Assembly: GCA_021783095.1 (NCBI GenBank)
Contig: JAJXUG010000011.1
Location: forward strand, 22,322-86,321
Length of the DNA stretch: 64,000 nucleotides
Direction: 5' to 3'
From: Chloroflexota bacterium
GTDB lineage: Bacteria; Chloroflexota; Limnocylindria; Limnocylindrales; CSP1-4
A model generated the notes under the pieces. The model had not been told where the DNA came from, made no database searches, and saw only the letters and a list, made by a program, of their open reading frames with translations. The position numbers were made by a program, and so were the translations under genes. Position 1 is the first letter of the stretch. The number at the start of each line of letters is the position of its first letter. Shown one piece after another: positions 28,750 through 38,843 of this stretch.

Positions 28750-28780
28750 GCGGGGGCGCCGACGGCGTCGGCGCCCCCGC
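28750..28780 (-). terminator. 14-bp stem-loop after the solute-binding protein gene (mRNA stabiliser or partial terminator)
   Basis: GCGGGGGCGCCGAC-ggc-GTCGGCGCCCCCGC. Confidence 0.6.
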
Positions 28781-28802
28781 GCTGTTCACTTCGCTGGCGC
28801 GA

Positions 28803-29921
28803 TCATGCGCCCTTGCAGGACGACGGGACCGTGGCCGGGTTGTAGTCGGTCCAGCCGGGGATCGACAGGCTCAGCGGCCAGAGCGGATCCATGCCGGGCA
28901 CGGAGATCCACTTCTGGAGGTCGGCCTTGCCCTGGTCGGTCGTGTTGTCGAGGATCTGCGGGTCGAGCAGGACGGTGTTCGGCCGGCCCGCGCCGGTCGA
29001 CGGGGTGACCGTCTGGCCGGTGAGCAGCTTGTACGCCATGCTCACGCCCGCGCCGCCGACCGACGCAGTGTTGGTGACGGCTGCGCCGACGAGGCCGGGA
29101 TAGTCGGCCGGGTCGAGCAGCTGCTTGACGAACGCGCCGATGTCAGCGTCGGCGATCGGCACGAACTTCTTGTTGGCGGCCTTGATCGCATCGACGATCT
29201 GAGCGCCCATGCCGGAGGCCCAGATGCCCTGGATCTTGTCGTACTGGCCGCTGGAGATGAAGTCGTTGGTGATCTGGGTGGCCGTCTTGGGATCCCAGCC
29301 GGTGAAGACGCCGTTGACGTCCGGCACGACGGTGATGCCCGGGTTCTCCTTGAGGGCCTGCTTGAAGCCGATGTCGCGGTCCGAGTCAGCCGGGTGGCCG
29401 GCGAGGCCGCGCGTGTACCACACGGTCCCCTTGCCGCCAAGCTGCTTGAACAGCCAGGAGGCGCCGAGGTACGCGTACTTGACCTGGTTGTTGTACAAGT
29501 TCCAGGTGTTCGGGTCGGTCACGTAGGCATCGACCGAGACGGTCACGATGCCGGCCTTGTGGGCCTCGGCGAGCGCCGGGTTGAGCGCGTCGGGGTCGTT
29601 CGGGTTGAAGACGATCGCCTTGACGTTCTTGGCGATCAGGTCGCGCAGGTCGGACAGCTGCCCGGCCGCGTCCGTGTTGCGGTGGATCACGGTGATCCCG
29701 GAGATCTTGGACGTGCCCAGCGCCGCGACCTCAGCCTTGGCGGTGCAGACCTGCTCCTCGCGGAAGCCGTTCCCGACACCGCCGCCGTTGGAGTACCCGA
29801 TCGCGAACGGGCCAGTGGACTGCGCGCTCGCGGAGGGCGTGGCAGAGCTGCCGCACGCTCCCACGACCACGGCGATCGCCACGAGGGCGGCCAGCGCGCG
29901 GGCCTTGCCTAACTGCCGCAT
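28803..29921 (-). CDS. Sugar ABC transporter substrate-binding lipoprotein
   Basis: Signal peptide ending VVGAC; periplasmic-binding-protein type 1 features (AGIVTVSVD, RGLAGHPADSDR); AGGAGG RBS. Confidence 0.9.
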   Translation of the reverse strand: MRQLGKARALAALVAIAVVVGACGSSATPSASAQSTGPFAIGYSNGGGVGNGFREEQVCTAKAEVAALGTSKISGITVIHRNTDAAGQLSDLRDLIAKNVKAIVFNPNDPDALNPALAEAHKAGIVTVSVDAYVTDPNTWNLYNNQVKYAYLGASWLFKQLGGKGTVWYTRGLAGHPADSDRDIGFKQALKENPGITVVPDVNGVFTGWDPKTATQITNDFISSGQYDKIQGIWASGMGAQIVDAIKAANKKFVPIADADIGAFVKQLLDPADYPGLVGAAVTNTASVGGAGVSMAYKLLTGQTVTPSTGAGRPNTVLLDPQILDNTTDQGKADLQKWISVPGMDPLWPLSLSIPGWTDYNPATVPSSCKGA

Positions 29922-30010
29922 AAAGTGTCTCTCCTCCTTGTGGCGGCCAGAGGCCCCGAATGGGCCGCAGGTCCGCCAGGGTCCCCCAGCGATCGAACAG
30001 ACTCGACCCG

Positions 30011-30796
30011 TCACCCACCTCCTTGCTGGTCGATCGCACGGGCGAGCCGCCGCGCATGCTCTCGATAGGCCTGTTCGAACAGCTCTCGGGACCGCTCGGT
30101 GCCAACCGCGCTGGCGCGGGTGATCACTGGGGGCATGGCTCCCCGCTCCACGAGCAGCTCGGCGGTCCGAGACTTGATGGCGTTGACGATGGCCACCGCG
30201 CCGATTGTGGACAGCGGCCCGACCGGGCTCTCGAGTCCCGGGATCGAGACCGCCGCGTCATCGGGCGGGCTGCACAGGTCGAGGACGAGGTCGGCCTCCT
30301 CGAGGAGGCGAGCGCCGGCGGCCGGCTCCGGCGGTCCGGAGAGCGACTGCGCGACCGACGTCACGGCGATGACGCGCAGACCCCGGGCCCTGGCGCCGCG
30401 CGCCATCTCGACCGGGACGGCGGCCAGGCCACTGGCCGAGAAGATCATCATCACGTCGCGGGCGCCGAACCGGAAGTTGGACAGGATGACCTCCGCCAGC
30501 CCGGGCACCCGCTCGATGAACATCGCCTGGCGCTGGCCGTTGGCGCCCACCACCTGCGTGTGGAACGTCATCGACAGCTCGGCGATCGGGTTGAACCCCG
30601 GGTAGGAGCCGTAGCGCGGGAACATCTCCTCGACGGGGATCCGCGAGTGGCCCGTGCCGAAGAGGTGGACCAGGCCGTCCGAGGCGATCGCCTCCGCGCA
30701 CCACGCGCTCGCCGTCTCGATGCCTGCTGCCTGCGTCGCCGTGAGGCGCGCGAGCACCTCGGCAGCGGCGCTGAGCCAGGTCGCGGCGGCCGTCAC
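30011..30796 (-). CDS. SIS domain (UPF0309-like) sugar isomerase
   Basis: VHLFGTGHS, FSASG, VIAVTS and PVGPLST motifs; GTGA overlap. Confidence 0.88.
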   Translation of the reverse strand: MTAAATWLSAAAEVLARLTATQAAGIETASAWCAEAIASDGLVHLFGTGHSRIPVEEMFPRYGSYPGFNPIAELSMTFHTQVVGANGQRQAMFIERVPGLAEVILSNFRFGARDVMMIFSASGLAAVPVEMARGARARGLRVIAVTSVAQSLSGPPEPAAGARLLEEADLVLDLCSPPDDAAVSIPGLESPVGPLSTIGAVAIVNAIKSRTAELLVERGAMPPVITRASAVGTERSRELFEQAYREHARRLARAIDQQGGG

Positions 30797-31854
30797 CGGC
30801 CGACGACCTCGAAGGCCGGCACTCGCTCGACTGGCTCCCAGTGGCCGCTGCGCATCGACCGGTAGGCGGCGTCGAGGACCGCATTGACGGCGAACCCGTC
30901 CGCGAACGTCTCCTGCGGCGCGCGACCATCGGCGAAGGCCCCCACGACGTCGGCCATCATGAGGTCGTGGCCGTGGACGCGGACCTCGTCCGGGACGGGG
31001 AAGACCCAGCCCGTCTCGGCATCGGCCTTCTCGACGACGTAACCGGCCGGGCGCTCGACGAACGCCTTGAGGGAGCCCACGCTGATGTCGGTGATCAGGC
31101 GACCCGCGTCGCCGTACGCCTCGAAGCGGCCTTCGAGCCCGCCCTTGGAGCTCCAGGACACGTCGATGGTCGCGGCCCGCCCATCGGCCAGGCGCATCAC
31201 CATCATCGCGTTGTCCTCGCCCGTGGTCCGCTCGCCGTGGACGAGCGTCGCACCCCAGGCGAACACCTCCGCGACCTCCGCGTCCTTGCCGAACAGGAAG
31301 CGGGCGTACTCGGCCCCGTGCGAGGCCATGTCCAGCAGGGCGCCGCCGCCCGCGAGCTCGGCGTTCCAGAAGTGCGCCGCGTGGGGCCCCGAGTGCCCCT
31401 CGCGAGCGCGGACGGTCGTGAGTCGGCCGATGGCGCCAGCCTTGACCATGTCGCGCATCCGGAGCAGGTCGGGGTTGAAGATCACGTTCTCGAGGTAGGC
31501 GTTGAACACCCCGGCCTCGGTCACCGCGCGCAGCATCTCGCCCGCCTCGACCGCATTGCGCCCGAGCGGCTTGGTGCAGGCCACGCCCTTGCCGGCCGCG
31601 GCGAGCGCCACCACGGCGTCGCGGTGGAGGTGGTTCGGCAGCGACACGACGACGAGGTCCACCTCGGGGTCCGCGCACAGCTCGTCCAGCGACGCGATGG
31701 GCCGGCAGCCGAAGCGCGCGGCGTAGGCCTCCCGGCGGGCAGCGTCGGCGTCGCAGGCGGCCACCAGTTGGGCCTCGCGGACGTACCGCAGGCCCAGCGC
31801 GTGGAACTCGCCGATGAAGCCGCATCCGAGCATCGCGATCCGGACGGGCGCCAT
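30793..31854 (-). CDS. Gfo/Idh/MocA family oxidoreductase
   Basis: LGCGFIG, LPNHLH, CTKPL and GGGALLDMASH motifs. Confidence 0.92.
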   Translation of the reverse strand: MAPVRIAMLGCGFIGEFHALGLRYVREAQLVAACDADAARREAYAARFGCRPIASLDELCADPEVDLVVVSLPNHLHRDAVVALAAAGKGVACTKPLGRNAVEAGEMLRAVTEAGVFNAYLENVIFNPDLLRMRDMVKAGAIGRLTTVRAREGHSGPHAAHFWNAELAGGGALLDMASHGAEYARFLFGKDAEVAEVFAWGATLVHGERTTGEDNAMMVMRLADGRAATIDVSWSSKGGLEGRFEAYGDAGRLITDISVGSLKAFVERPAGYVVEKADAETGWVFPVPDEVRVHGHDLMMADVVGAFADGRAPQETFADGFAVNAVLDAAYRSMRSGHWEPVERVPAFEVVGR

Positions 31855-32597
31855 CAGTAGCCGCCCCCCAGCGCGCTGTTCCCGGCTGGCGCTGTGGCCA
31901 GACCCGCCTTCCGGGCCCGGAAGTCCAGGATGATCGCCTCCGTCGCCGTGGCGCCGATGCGGGTCACGCCCAGCTCCATCACGGCGAGCAGCGCGTCGAG
32001 GGTCCGCACCCCGCCCGCGGCCTTGACCTGGATGTCCGGGCTGGTGTTCGCGCGCATGAGGCGCAGGTCGTCATGGGTGGCGCCAGAGGGCGCGAAGCCG
32101 GTGCTCGTCTTGACGAAGTCCGCGCCCGCGGCCTCGGTCAGCCGGCACGCCCGGACCTTCTCGTCGTCGGTGAGGTAGGCGTTCTCGAAGATCACCTTGA
32201 CGATCGCCCCGGCAGCGTGGGCGACCTCGACCACCGCCGCGATGTCCGCCTGCACGTCGGCGTCCCGACCGGACTTGAGAGCGCCGATCTGGAGCACCAT
32301 GTCGATCTCGGTTGCGCCCTCGGCGAGGGCCTGGCGCGTCTCGGCGACCTTGATCGCGGTCAGGTGGTTGCCATGCGGGAAGCCGACGGTTGAGCCCACG
32401 TGCACGTCAGTGCCCGCGAGCAGCGCGGCGGCGCGCGCGACGTCGGCGGGTCGGCAGCAGACCGAGGCGACGTCGTAGATCGCGGCCAGCCGGCAGCCGT
32501 CCTCGATCTGCTGGTCGGTCAGCTCGGGGCGGAGCAGGCTGTGGTCGATCGTCTTGGCGATGTCGCGCTCAGACAGGCTGGCGATGTCGAGGGTCAT
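31854..32597 (-). CDS. deoC: Deoxyribose-phosphate aldolase
   Basis: IDHSLL, VGFPHG, GATEIDMV, KVIFE, FVKTSTGF and VKAAGGVRT motifs. Confidence 0.93.
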   Translation of the reverse strand: MTLDIASLSERDIAKTIDHSLLRPELTDQQIEDGCRLAAIYDVASVCCRPADVARAAALLAGTDVHVGSTVGFPHGNHLTAIKVAETRQALAEGATEIDMVLQIGALKSGRDADVQADIAAVVEVAHAAGAIVKVIFENAYLTDDEKVRACRLTEAAGADFVKTSTGFAPSGATHDDLRLMRANTSPDIQVKAAGGVRTLDALLAVMELGVTRIGATATEAIILDFRARKAGLATAPAGNSALGGGY

Positions 32598-32656
32598 GGC
32601 ACTCCGGGAGAGACGCCGCTTGCGGCCACGAGCCGCGGTGGTCGCGCGCTGGGTGC

Positions 32657-32702
32657 TCGATAATCGATGATGGATGCTAGGGGCAGCCCGACCGAGCGTC
32701 AA
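32657..32702 (-). promoter_or_regulatory. Sigma70-like promoter of the deoC operon with the shared operator-like motif
   Basis: - strand TTGACG-17-TAGCAT (32702-32674); TCGATAATCGATGATGGAT at 32657-32675. Confidence 0.7.
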
Positions 32703-32729
32703 CCCTCGGACGGGGGGCCGGATGTCACC

Positions 32730-33644
32730 TCAATGGCAGTACGGACGGAGGACGTCCCGCGCGATCAGGAAGCCCTGCTTGACCTTCTCGTCGGTCCCCT
32801 CGAAGCGGCGGTCCTCGTGCTCGATGATGCAGTCGCCCTCGTAGCCGGCGCGGTACAGCTCGCCGTGGACGATCCCCCAGTCCACCTCGCCCAGGCCCGG
32901 GATGCGCGGCACCTGCCAGCCCATCCCCATCGAGAGGATCCCGCGCTCGTAGAGCCCGTCGCGGTCGATCATCAGGTCCTTGGCCTGGTAGTGGAGGACG
33001 TGCCCCCCGAACTCGCGCAGGAAGCGCCCCGTGTCGATCATCTGGAGGACGAGGTGGCTCGGGTCGAAGTTGAGTCCGATCGTGTCGCCCCACTGCTCCA
33101 GGATCCGCCGCCACATGCGCGGCGTGGTGGCGATGTTGTGGCCGCCCGGCCACTCGTCGTACGAGAACAGCATCGGGCAGTTCTCGAGCGTGATCTTGCG
33201 GCCGTGGTCCCTCGCGTACGCCACGATGTCCGGCCAGATCTCGAGCGCCCGCTCCCAGTTCTGGTCCTGGTTCAGGGCCCCGTCGCCGCCCATGAACGTG
33301 TTCACGAGCGGGACGCCCATCTTCTCGGCCGCGTCGATGACCTTGCGCAGGTGGCCGATGACCTGATCGCGATGGGCGGCATCGGGGTGCAGCGGGTTGG
33401 GGTAGAAGCCGAGGCCGGAGATGGCCAGGCCCTTGGACTCGATCTCGCCCCGGATCTCGCGCGCCTGCGACGCCGAGAGGTTGGCGACGTCGATGTGGCT
33501 CGTGCCGGCGTAGCGGCGGGTGGGCCCCTCCGCCCTCGGCCAGCAGGCGATCTCGAGGACCTCGAACCCCTCGGACGCGGCCCAGTCGGCCACCTCCATC
33601 AGCGGGGTCTCCGGGAACGGGGCGGTCAGGAGGCCGAGCTTCAT
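32730..33644 (-). CDS. Sugar phosphate isomerase/epimerase (xylose isomerase-like TIM barrel)
   Basis: LENCPM, GLNFDPSH, HYQAKD, PGLGEVDW and IIEHED metal-binding motifs. Confidence 0.9.
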   Translation of the reverse strand: MKLGLLTAPFPETPLMEVADWAASEGFEVLEIACWPRAEGPTRRYAGTSHIDVANLSASQAREIRGEIESKGLAISGLGFYPNPLHPDAAHRDQVIGHLRKVIDAAEKMGVPLVNTFMGGDGALNQDQNWERALEIWPDIVAYARDHGRKITLENCPMLFSYDEWPGGHNIATTPRMWRRILEQWGDTIGLNFDPSHLVLQMIDTGRFLREFGGHVLHYQAKDLMIDRDGLYERGILSMGMGWQVPRIPGLGEVDWGIVHGELYRAGYEGDCIIEHEDRRFEGTDEKVKQGFLIARDVLRPYCH

Positions 33645-33696
33645 CGACTGTGCTCCTCCGGGACGCGGTGGGAACGGACACCAGGGCTCATGCGGG

Positions 33697-34851
33697 TCAC
33701 CGGGCCACCTCGACCCAGCGGCCGGCTCGCGCGCTCTCGAGGACGGCGTCGCCGATGGCCATCTCCTCGTGACCCGCTTCGAATGTGGCGTAGCGCGGTT
33801 GCTCCGACGGGCGGCCGGCGAGCACGTCCGCGTACACCGCGGTGAACACCGCGCCGAACGTGTCCGCGAACCCCTCGACGTGTCCGCCGGGCAGTCGCGC
33901 CGCCGCCGCGCCGTCAGCGTTCATGAGGGCGGGGTTGCGGAGCAGCTGCTCGTTGGGACGGTCGCGGTGGCCGATCCACAGCGAGTCAGGCTGCTCCGAA
34001 TCCCACGCGACGGCGGAGGAGGAGCCGTCGATCTGGTAGGCAAGGCTGTTCTTGCGGCCGGGCGAGAGCTGGCTGATGTCCACCGACCCCCGGGCGCCGC
34101 CCTCGTAGCGCAGGAGGATCGACGCCGTGTCCTCGGTCCGGATCTGGACCGGGACCGTCTCGGCCGCGCGCTCCGTGGAGAAGGTGACGACGGGGCCCGC
34201 CGGCTTCCGGCGGACCGGGATGAACGTCGTGAGGTCCGCCATGACGGCCTCGACGCGCAGGCCCGTGAGGAAGCTCGTCAGGTCCAGCCAGTGGCTGCCG
34301 ATGTCGCCCACCGCGCGCAGCGCCCCGCCCTGGTCGCCCTCGAGCCGCCAGTTCCAGTCGGTGTCGAGCAGCAGCCAGTCCTGGAAGTAGTGGCCGGTGA
34401 CCAGCCGGACGTCGCCCAGCTCCCCCGCCCCGACCATCGTGGCCACGTGCTGGTTGAGCGGGTACCAGCGGATGTTGAAGTTCACGGCGTTGACCAGCCC
34501 GCTGCGGGCCGCCAGGCCCACCAGCTCGCGCGACTCGGCCGAGGTCAGCGCGAGGGGCTTCTCGCAGACGACGTGGCGGCCGGCCGCGAGGATCTGCTTG
34601 ACCTGCGGGTGGTGCAGCTCGTTGGGGCTCGTCACGTGGACGACCTGCACCGCATCGTCGGCGAGCAGCTCGTCGAGGGTTGCGTAGGCGCGGGGCAGGC
34701 CGAGCTCGCGGGCACGCCGTCCGCCGAGCTCGGCGGACGCCTCCAGCAGCCCGACGACACGCACGCCGATGCGGCGGAGCGCCTCGATGTGGACGGTGCC
34801 GATGAAGCCGCTGCCGATGACGGCGGTGCCGATGTCCGAGCGGAGCTGCAT
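33697..34851 (-). CDS. Gfo/Idh/MocA family oxidoreductase
   Basis: IGSGFIG, HVVCEKPL and GDIGSHWLD motifs; GGAGG RBS. Confidence 0.92.
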   Translation of the reverse strand: MQLRSDIGTAVIGSGFIGTVHIEALRRIGVRVVGLLEASAELGGRRARELGLPRAYATLDELLADDAVQVVHVTSPNELHHPQVKQILAAGRHVVCEKPLALTSAESRELVGLAARSGLVNAVNFNIRWYPLNQHVATMVGAGELGDVRLVTGHYFQDWLLLDTDWNWRLEGDQGGALRAVGDIGSHWLDLTSFLTGLRVEAVMADLTTFIPVRRKPAGPVVTFSTERAAETVPVQIRTEDTASILLRYEGGARGSVDISQLSPGRKNSLAYQIDGSSSAVAWDSEQPDSLWIGHRDRPNEQLLRNPALMNADGAAAARLPGGHVEGFADTFGAVFTAVYADVLAGRPSEQPRYATFEAGHEEMAIGDAVLESARAGRWVEVAR

Positions 34852-35044
34852 GCCGGGTGTCCCCTCCCGGGTGCGGTCCCGGCACGACGCCGGGCCAATG
34901 TGGTCGTAGCAGTCTATACGGGTCACATACGCCATGGACGTCGATTCAGCACCCTTCGACGCGTTGCGCACCAGCGTGAAAGGGGTCGTTGCGGGCGCCA
35001 CGCAGTCGACAGGCCGGCGATGGAGCGTGACCATTGTGCGCAGC

Positions 35045-35068
35045 CTTTTGTCGTGGACCCGACAAAAG
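35045..35068. promoter_or_regulatory. Palindromic operator, probably for the adjacent ROK repressor
   Basis: CTTTTGTCG-tggacc-CGACAAAAG, a perfect 9-bp inverted repeat in the divergent intergenic region. Confidence 0.7.
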
Positions 35069-35104
35069 TCGAACGGTGGCGATCCTAACCGCTATCATCG
35101 CCCC

Positions 35105-36463
35105 GTGGACTTCCCGCCGATCCAGCCGGGCCCCCTGCCGGACGAGGCGCTCGACGCCCTCGTCGCCGTCCTGGACGAGATCCGGCTCGGGCGGTCGCGG
35201 TCCCGCGCCGAGCTGGTTGCGCGCACGGGCCTCTCCCGCGGCGTGGTCGCGCAGCGCGTGTCGGAGCTGATCGACCGCGGCCTCGTCATCGAGGGCGACC
35301 TCGGGCCGAGCACCGGCGGCCGGCCGCCGCGCCAACTGGCCTTCCGGGCGCATGCCGGCCACCTGCTCGTCGCGGATCTCGGGGCCACGTCGATCGACGT
35401 GGCCGTGACGACCCTCGACGGGCGGATCCTCGGCCACCTCGACGAGCCGACCGACATCGCCGCCGGCCCGGGTGCCGTCCTCGACCGCGTGGACGAGCTC
35501 TTCGAGCGCCTCCGCGTCGTCACGCGCGACCTGCCCGGGCGCCCCTGGGCGGTCGGGATCGGCGTGCCGGGGCCGGTCGAGTTCCGGACGGGCCGCTGCA
35601 TCTCCCCGCCGATCATGCCGGGCTGGGACGGCTACCCGGTCCGCGAGCGGTTCGGCGCCCGGTACGGGGCCCCCGTCTGGGTCGACAACGACGTCAACGT
35701 GCTCGCGCTCGGCGAGTGGAGCTCGGGGATCGCGGTGGGCCACGACAACGTGGTCGTCGTCAAGGTGGGCACGGGGATCGGCGCAGGGATCATCTCGGAC
35801 GGCCGCCTCCACCGCGGGGCGCAGGGTGCGGCGGGCGACGTCGGGCACATCCAGGTGGCGGGCGCGCGACCCGTGGTCTGCCGGTGCGGGAACACGGGCT
35901 GCCTCGAGGCGCTCGCCGGCGGCGCCGCGCTGGCCCGCGACGGCGAGGAGGCTGCCCGGTCGGGCCGGAGCCCGCGCCTCGCGGCCGCGCTGGACCGGAG
36001 CGGGACCGTGACCGCGGAGGATGTCGCGATCACGGCCTCGTTCGGGGATCCGGTGGCGCTCGAGCTCCTGCAGGCGGCTGGCCGGCAGATCGGGGCGATG
36101 CTCGCGGGCGTCGTCAACTTCTTCAACCCCTCGCTGGTCGTGGTCGGCGGGGGCGTGGCCCGCTCGGGCGACGCGCTGCTGGCCGCCCTGCGCGAGACCG
36201 TCTACAGGCGCTCGCTGCCGCTCGCGACACGCGACCTGCTGATCCAGCGATCGACGCTCGGGACGCTCGCGGGCGTGATCGGCGCCGCGGCGATGGTGGC
36301 GGGCGAGCTCTTCGCGCGCGACGCGCTCGCCCGCTGGGTGGAGGCCGGCGTGCCGGCCGCGGACATCACCGGGACAGGCGCGCCGGCAAAGCCGACGGGC
36401 GGGGCCGTTCCGCCCGCCGTGCGCCCCCGGGCTCAGCCGCCCGCGATCACCCGGTCCACGTAG
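35105..36463 (+). CDS. ROK family transcriptional repressor (wHTH plus ROK)
   Basis: [12 protein letters not shown]...STGGRPP, DNDVN, GDVGH and [10 protein letters not shown] motifs; TATCAT 6 nt before the GTG suggests a leaderless start. Confidence 0.9.
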   Translation: MDFPPIQPGPLPDEALDALVAVLDEIRLGRSRSRAELVARTGLSRGVVAQRVSELIDRGLVIEGDLGPSTGGRPPRQLAFRAHAGHLLVADLGATSIDVAVTTLDGRILGHLDEPTDIAAGPGAVLDRVDELFERLRVVTRDLPGRPWAVGIGVPGPVEFRTGRCISPPIMPGWDGYPVRERFGARYGAPVWVDNDVNVLALGEWSSGIAVGHDNVVVVKVGTGIGAGIISDGRLHRGAQGAAGDVGHIQVAGARPVVCRCGNTGCLEALAGGAALARDGEEAARSGRSPRLAAALDRSGTVTAEDVAITASFGDPVALELLQAAGRQIGAMLAGVVNFFNPSLVVVGGGVARSGDALLAALRETVYRRSLPLATRDLLIQRSTLGTLAGVIGAAAMVAGELFARDALARWVEAGVPAADITGTGAPAKPTGGAVPPAVRPRAQPPAITRST

Positions 36464-37635
36464 TCGCCCGTCCCGGCGTCCTTGAGGATCATCTTCACGC
36501 GCCCGTCGGGCAGCACCTCGCGCTTGATGACCGTGCTTCCCTCGTAGGTCTCGCCGGTCGCGGTGATGCGGGCCGTCGAGCCGCCACGCCATTCGTGAAG
36601 GTCCACCGGCTCCCAGGCGCCGCTGCTGGCGGAGCGGTAGGCCGCGTCCATGACCGCGTTCACGATGTAGCCGTCGTAGAAGGTCTCACGCGGGGTCGCG
36701 GCGCCGTCGAGCGCGTTGAACATGTCGGTGAACATGTCCACGTAGCCCAGCTCGGACACCTCGTCCCCCACCGGGAACAGCCAGCCGACGGCGGTTTCCG
36801 CCTTCTCGGCCACGTAGCCGCCGCTACCGCCCGTCGAGAACATCTCGTAGCCGGTCCGCAGGAAGTGGTCGAGCCAGATCGTGCCCTGGGTGCCGGCCAC
36901 CTCGTCGCGCAGGTCCATGCCGCCGCGGAAGGTCCAGCTGACCTCGAACTGGCCAATGGCACCCGATTCGAACTTGATCAGCGCGATCGCGTTGTCCTCA
37001 TCGTCGATCGGGTGGACGAGCGTGTCGGTCGTGCACATGACCGAGACCGGCCGGTTCCCCTTGCCCACGAAGTTGCGGATGATCTCGATGCAGTGGCAGC
37101 CGAGGTCGATGATGGCGCCGCCGCCGGTGAGCCGGCCATCCCAGAACCATGCGCTGTGCGGCCCGGGGTGCGCCTCGCGCGACCGGACCCAGGTGACGTC
37201 GCCCAGGGCGCCGTCCTCGACGGACTTGACGGCCTTGAGCGTCTTGGGCGTGTAGCACAGGTCCTCGAGGTATCCGGCGAAGACGCCGGCCCGCTCGACC
37301 GCCTCGAGCATGCGCCTCGCCTCGTCGGCATTGCGGCCCAGCGGCTTCGTGCACAGGACTGCCTTGCCGGCTGCCGCCGCCTCCTTGACCGCCGCCTCGT
37401 GGAGGTGGTTCGGCAGCGCCACGATCACGACATCGGTCTCCGGGTGGCGGATCGCCGCCTCCATGTCCGTCGTGGACTCGGGGATGCCCCATCGACCCTG
37501 GAACGCGCTGCCGCGGCCCGCACTGCGCGAGTAGACGACGCGTACCCGGTCAGCGCCGCGCTGGCCGTGCAGCGTCATCGTGTAGAAGTCACCGATCAGG
37601 CCGGTGCCCAGCAAGGTGATCGAGTGGGGCCTCAT
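36433..37635 (-). CDS. Gfo/Idh/MocA family oxidoreductase, paralogue of 30793..31854
   Basis: [15 protein letters not shown] and [11 protein letters not shown] motifs; shares YVxEKA...GWxFPVxDE with its paralogue. Confidence 0.92.
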   Translation of the reverse strand: MRPHSITLLGTGLIGDFYTMTLHGQRGADRVRVVYSRSAGRGSAFQGRWGIPESTTDMEAAIRHPETDVVIVALPNHLHEAAVKEAAAAGKAVLCTKPLGRNADEARRMLEAVERAGVFAGYLEDLCYTPKTLKAVKSVEDGALGDVTWVRSREAHPGPHSAWFWDGRLTGGGAIIDLGCHCIEIIRNFVGKGNRPVSVMCTTDTLVHPIDDEDNAIALIKFESGAIGQFEVSWTFRGGMDLRDEVAGTQGTIWLDHFLRTGYEMFSTGGSGGYVAEKAETAVGWLFPVGDEVSELGYVDMFTDMFNALDGAATPRETFYDGYIVNAVMDAAYRSASSGAWEPVDLHEWRGGSTARITATGETYEGSTVIKREVLPDGRVKMILKDAGTGDYVDRVIAGG

Positions 37636-37763
37636 CGCGTCTCCAGGCGTGTCGAGCGGGTGGGCGGGTGCGACGGGCGGGGCGGGGCGGAGCCAGCCCG
37701 GGCCGGGCGCGATTCTAGGCCGGTCAGCGGTCGCGCGAGCGCTCGCCGAGCGAGCGCCACTGC

Positions 37764-38843
37764 TCAGCAGATCCGGGGCAGCTGCTCCCCGACCAGCATG
37801 TCCACGATCCGCTCGCTGCCCACGATCGTGCGCATCGTGACCATCCCCGGGTGGTCGGCGACCACCGTGCCGATCCGGGAGGCCTCGGCGCCCTCGGGCG
37901 TCGCGCGCATGGCCGCCAGCACGGCGTCCGCCGACCCTGACGGGACGATCGCGACCAGCTTGCCCTCGTTCGCGACGTGGAGCGGGTCGAGGCCCAGGAA
38001 CTCGCAGGCGGCGCGGACGGGGCCCGGGATGGGGATGGCCGGCTCGTCGAGGACCATGCCCACGCCCGACGCCTGTGCGATCTCGTTGAGCGCCGACGAC
38101 AGGCCGCCCCGCGTCGGGTCGCGAAGGACGTGGACGTCGGGCTCGACCGCCGTGATGGCCGCGGCCAGCCCGGCCAGCGACTGCGTGTCCGACGCGATCT
38201 CCACCTCGAACTCGAGGCCCTCCCGGACGCTCATGATCGCCACGCCGTGGAGCCCGATGGGGCCCGACAGGATGACGGCATCGCCCGGGCGGGCACGATC
38301 GGCCGCCGGGGCGACACCCTCGCGGACCAACCCGATGCCCGCCGTGTTGACGAACAGCCGGTCGGCCGCCCCGCGCCCCACGACCTTGGTGTCGCCCGTG
38401 ACGATCTGCGCGCCAGCCTTGCGCGCCGCCGCGGCCGCCGACATCGTGATGGTGCGCAGCTCCTCGAGCGGGAGCCCCTCCTCGATCACGTAGGCGAGGC
38501 TGATCGCGACCGGCGTCGCGCCCATCATCGCGAGGTCGTTGAGGGTGCCGTTGACCGCCAGCTCACCGATGTCGCCGCCCGGGAACCGGATGGGCGACAC
38601 GACGAACGAGTCGGTGGTGAACGCCAGCCGCACTCCGCCCACCTCGAGCACCGCCGCGTCGTTGAGCACGCCGCCGGGCGACGCGGAGGCCAGCGCAGGG
38701 GCCAGCAGGTCGCGCATCAGGGCAGCTGACAGCTGGCCGCCCGAACCGTGGCCCAGGATGACGCGCTGGTCCTCGGGGATCGGCGCCGGGCAGGCGACGC
38801 CCTCCGCGTCGATGGTCACCAGCCGCTCGGACTCGGCGGTCAT
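37764..38843 (-). CDS. hypE: Hydrogenase maturation carbamoyl dehydratase
   Basis: LGHGSGG, TTDSFVV, GDTKVV, DPTRGG motifs and C-terminal LPRIC. Confidence 0.95.
   Translation of the reverse strand: MTAESERLVTIDAEGVACPAPIPEDQRVILGHGSGGQLSAALMRDLLAPALASASPGGVLNDAAVLEVGGVRLAFTTDSFVVSPIRFPGGDIGELAVNGTLNDLAMMGATPVAISLAYVIEEGLPLEELRTITMSAAAAARKAGAQIVTGDTKVVGRGAADRLFVNTAGIGLVREGVAPAADRARPGDAVILSGPIGLHGVAIMSVREGLEFEVEIASDTQSLAGLAAAITAVEPDVHVLRDPTRGGLSSALNEIAQASGVGMVLDEPAIPIPGPVRAACEFLGLDPLHVANEGKLVAIVPSGSADAVLAAMRATPEGAEASRIGTVVADHPGMVTMRTIVGSERIVDMLVGEQLPRIC

Noticed and set aside
36433-36463. 31-bp convergent overlap of the ROK repressor and Gfo genes
   Set aside because: A low-complexity C-terminal run-on, common in high-GC genomes
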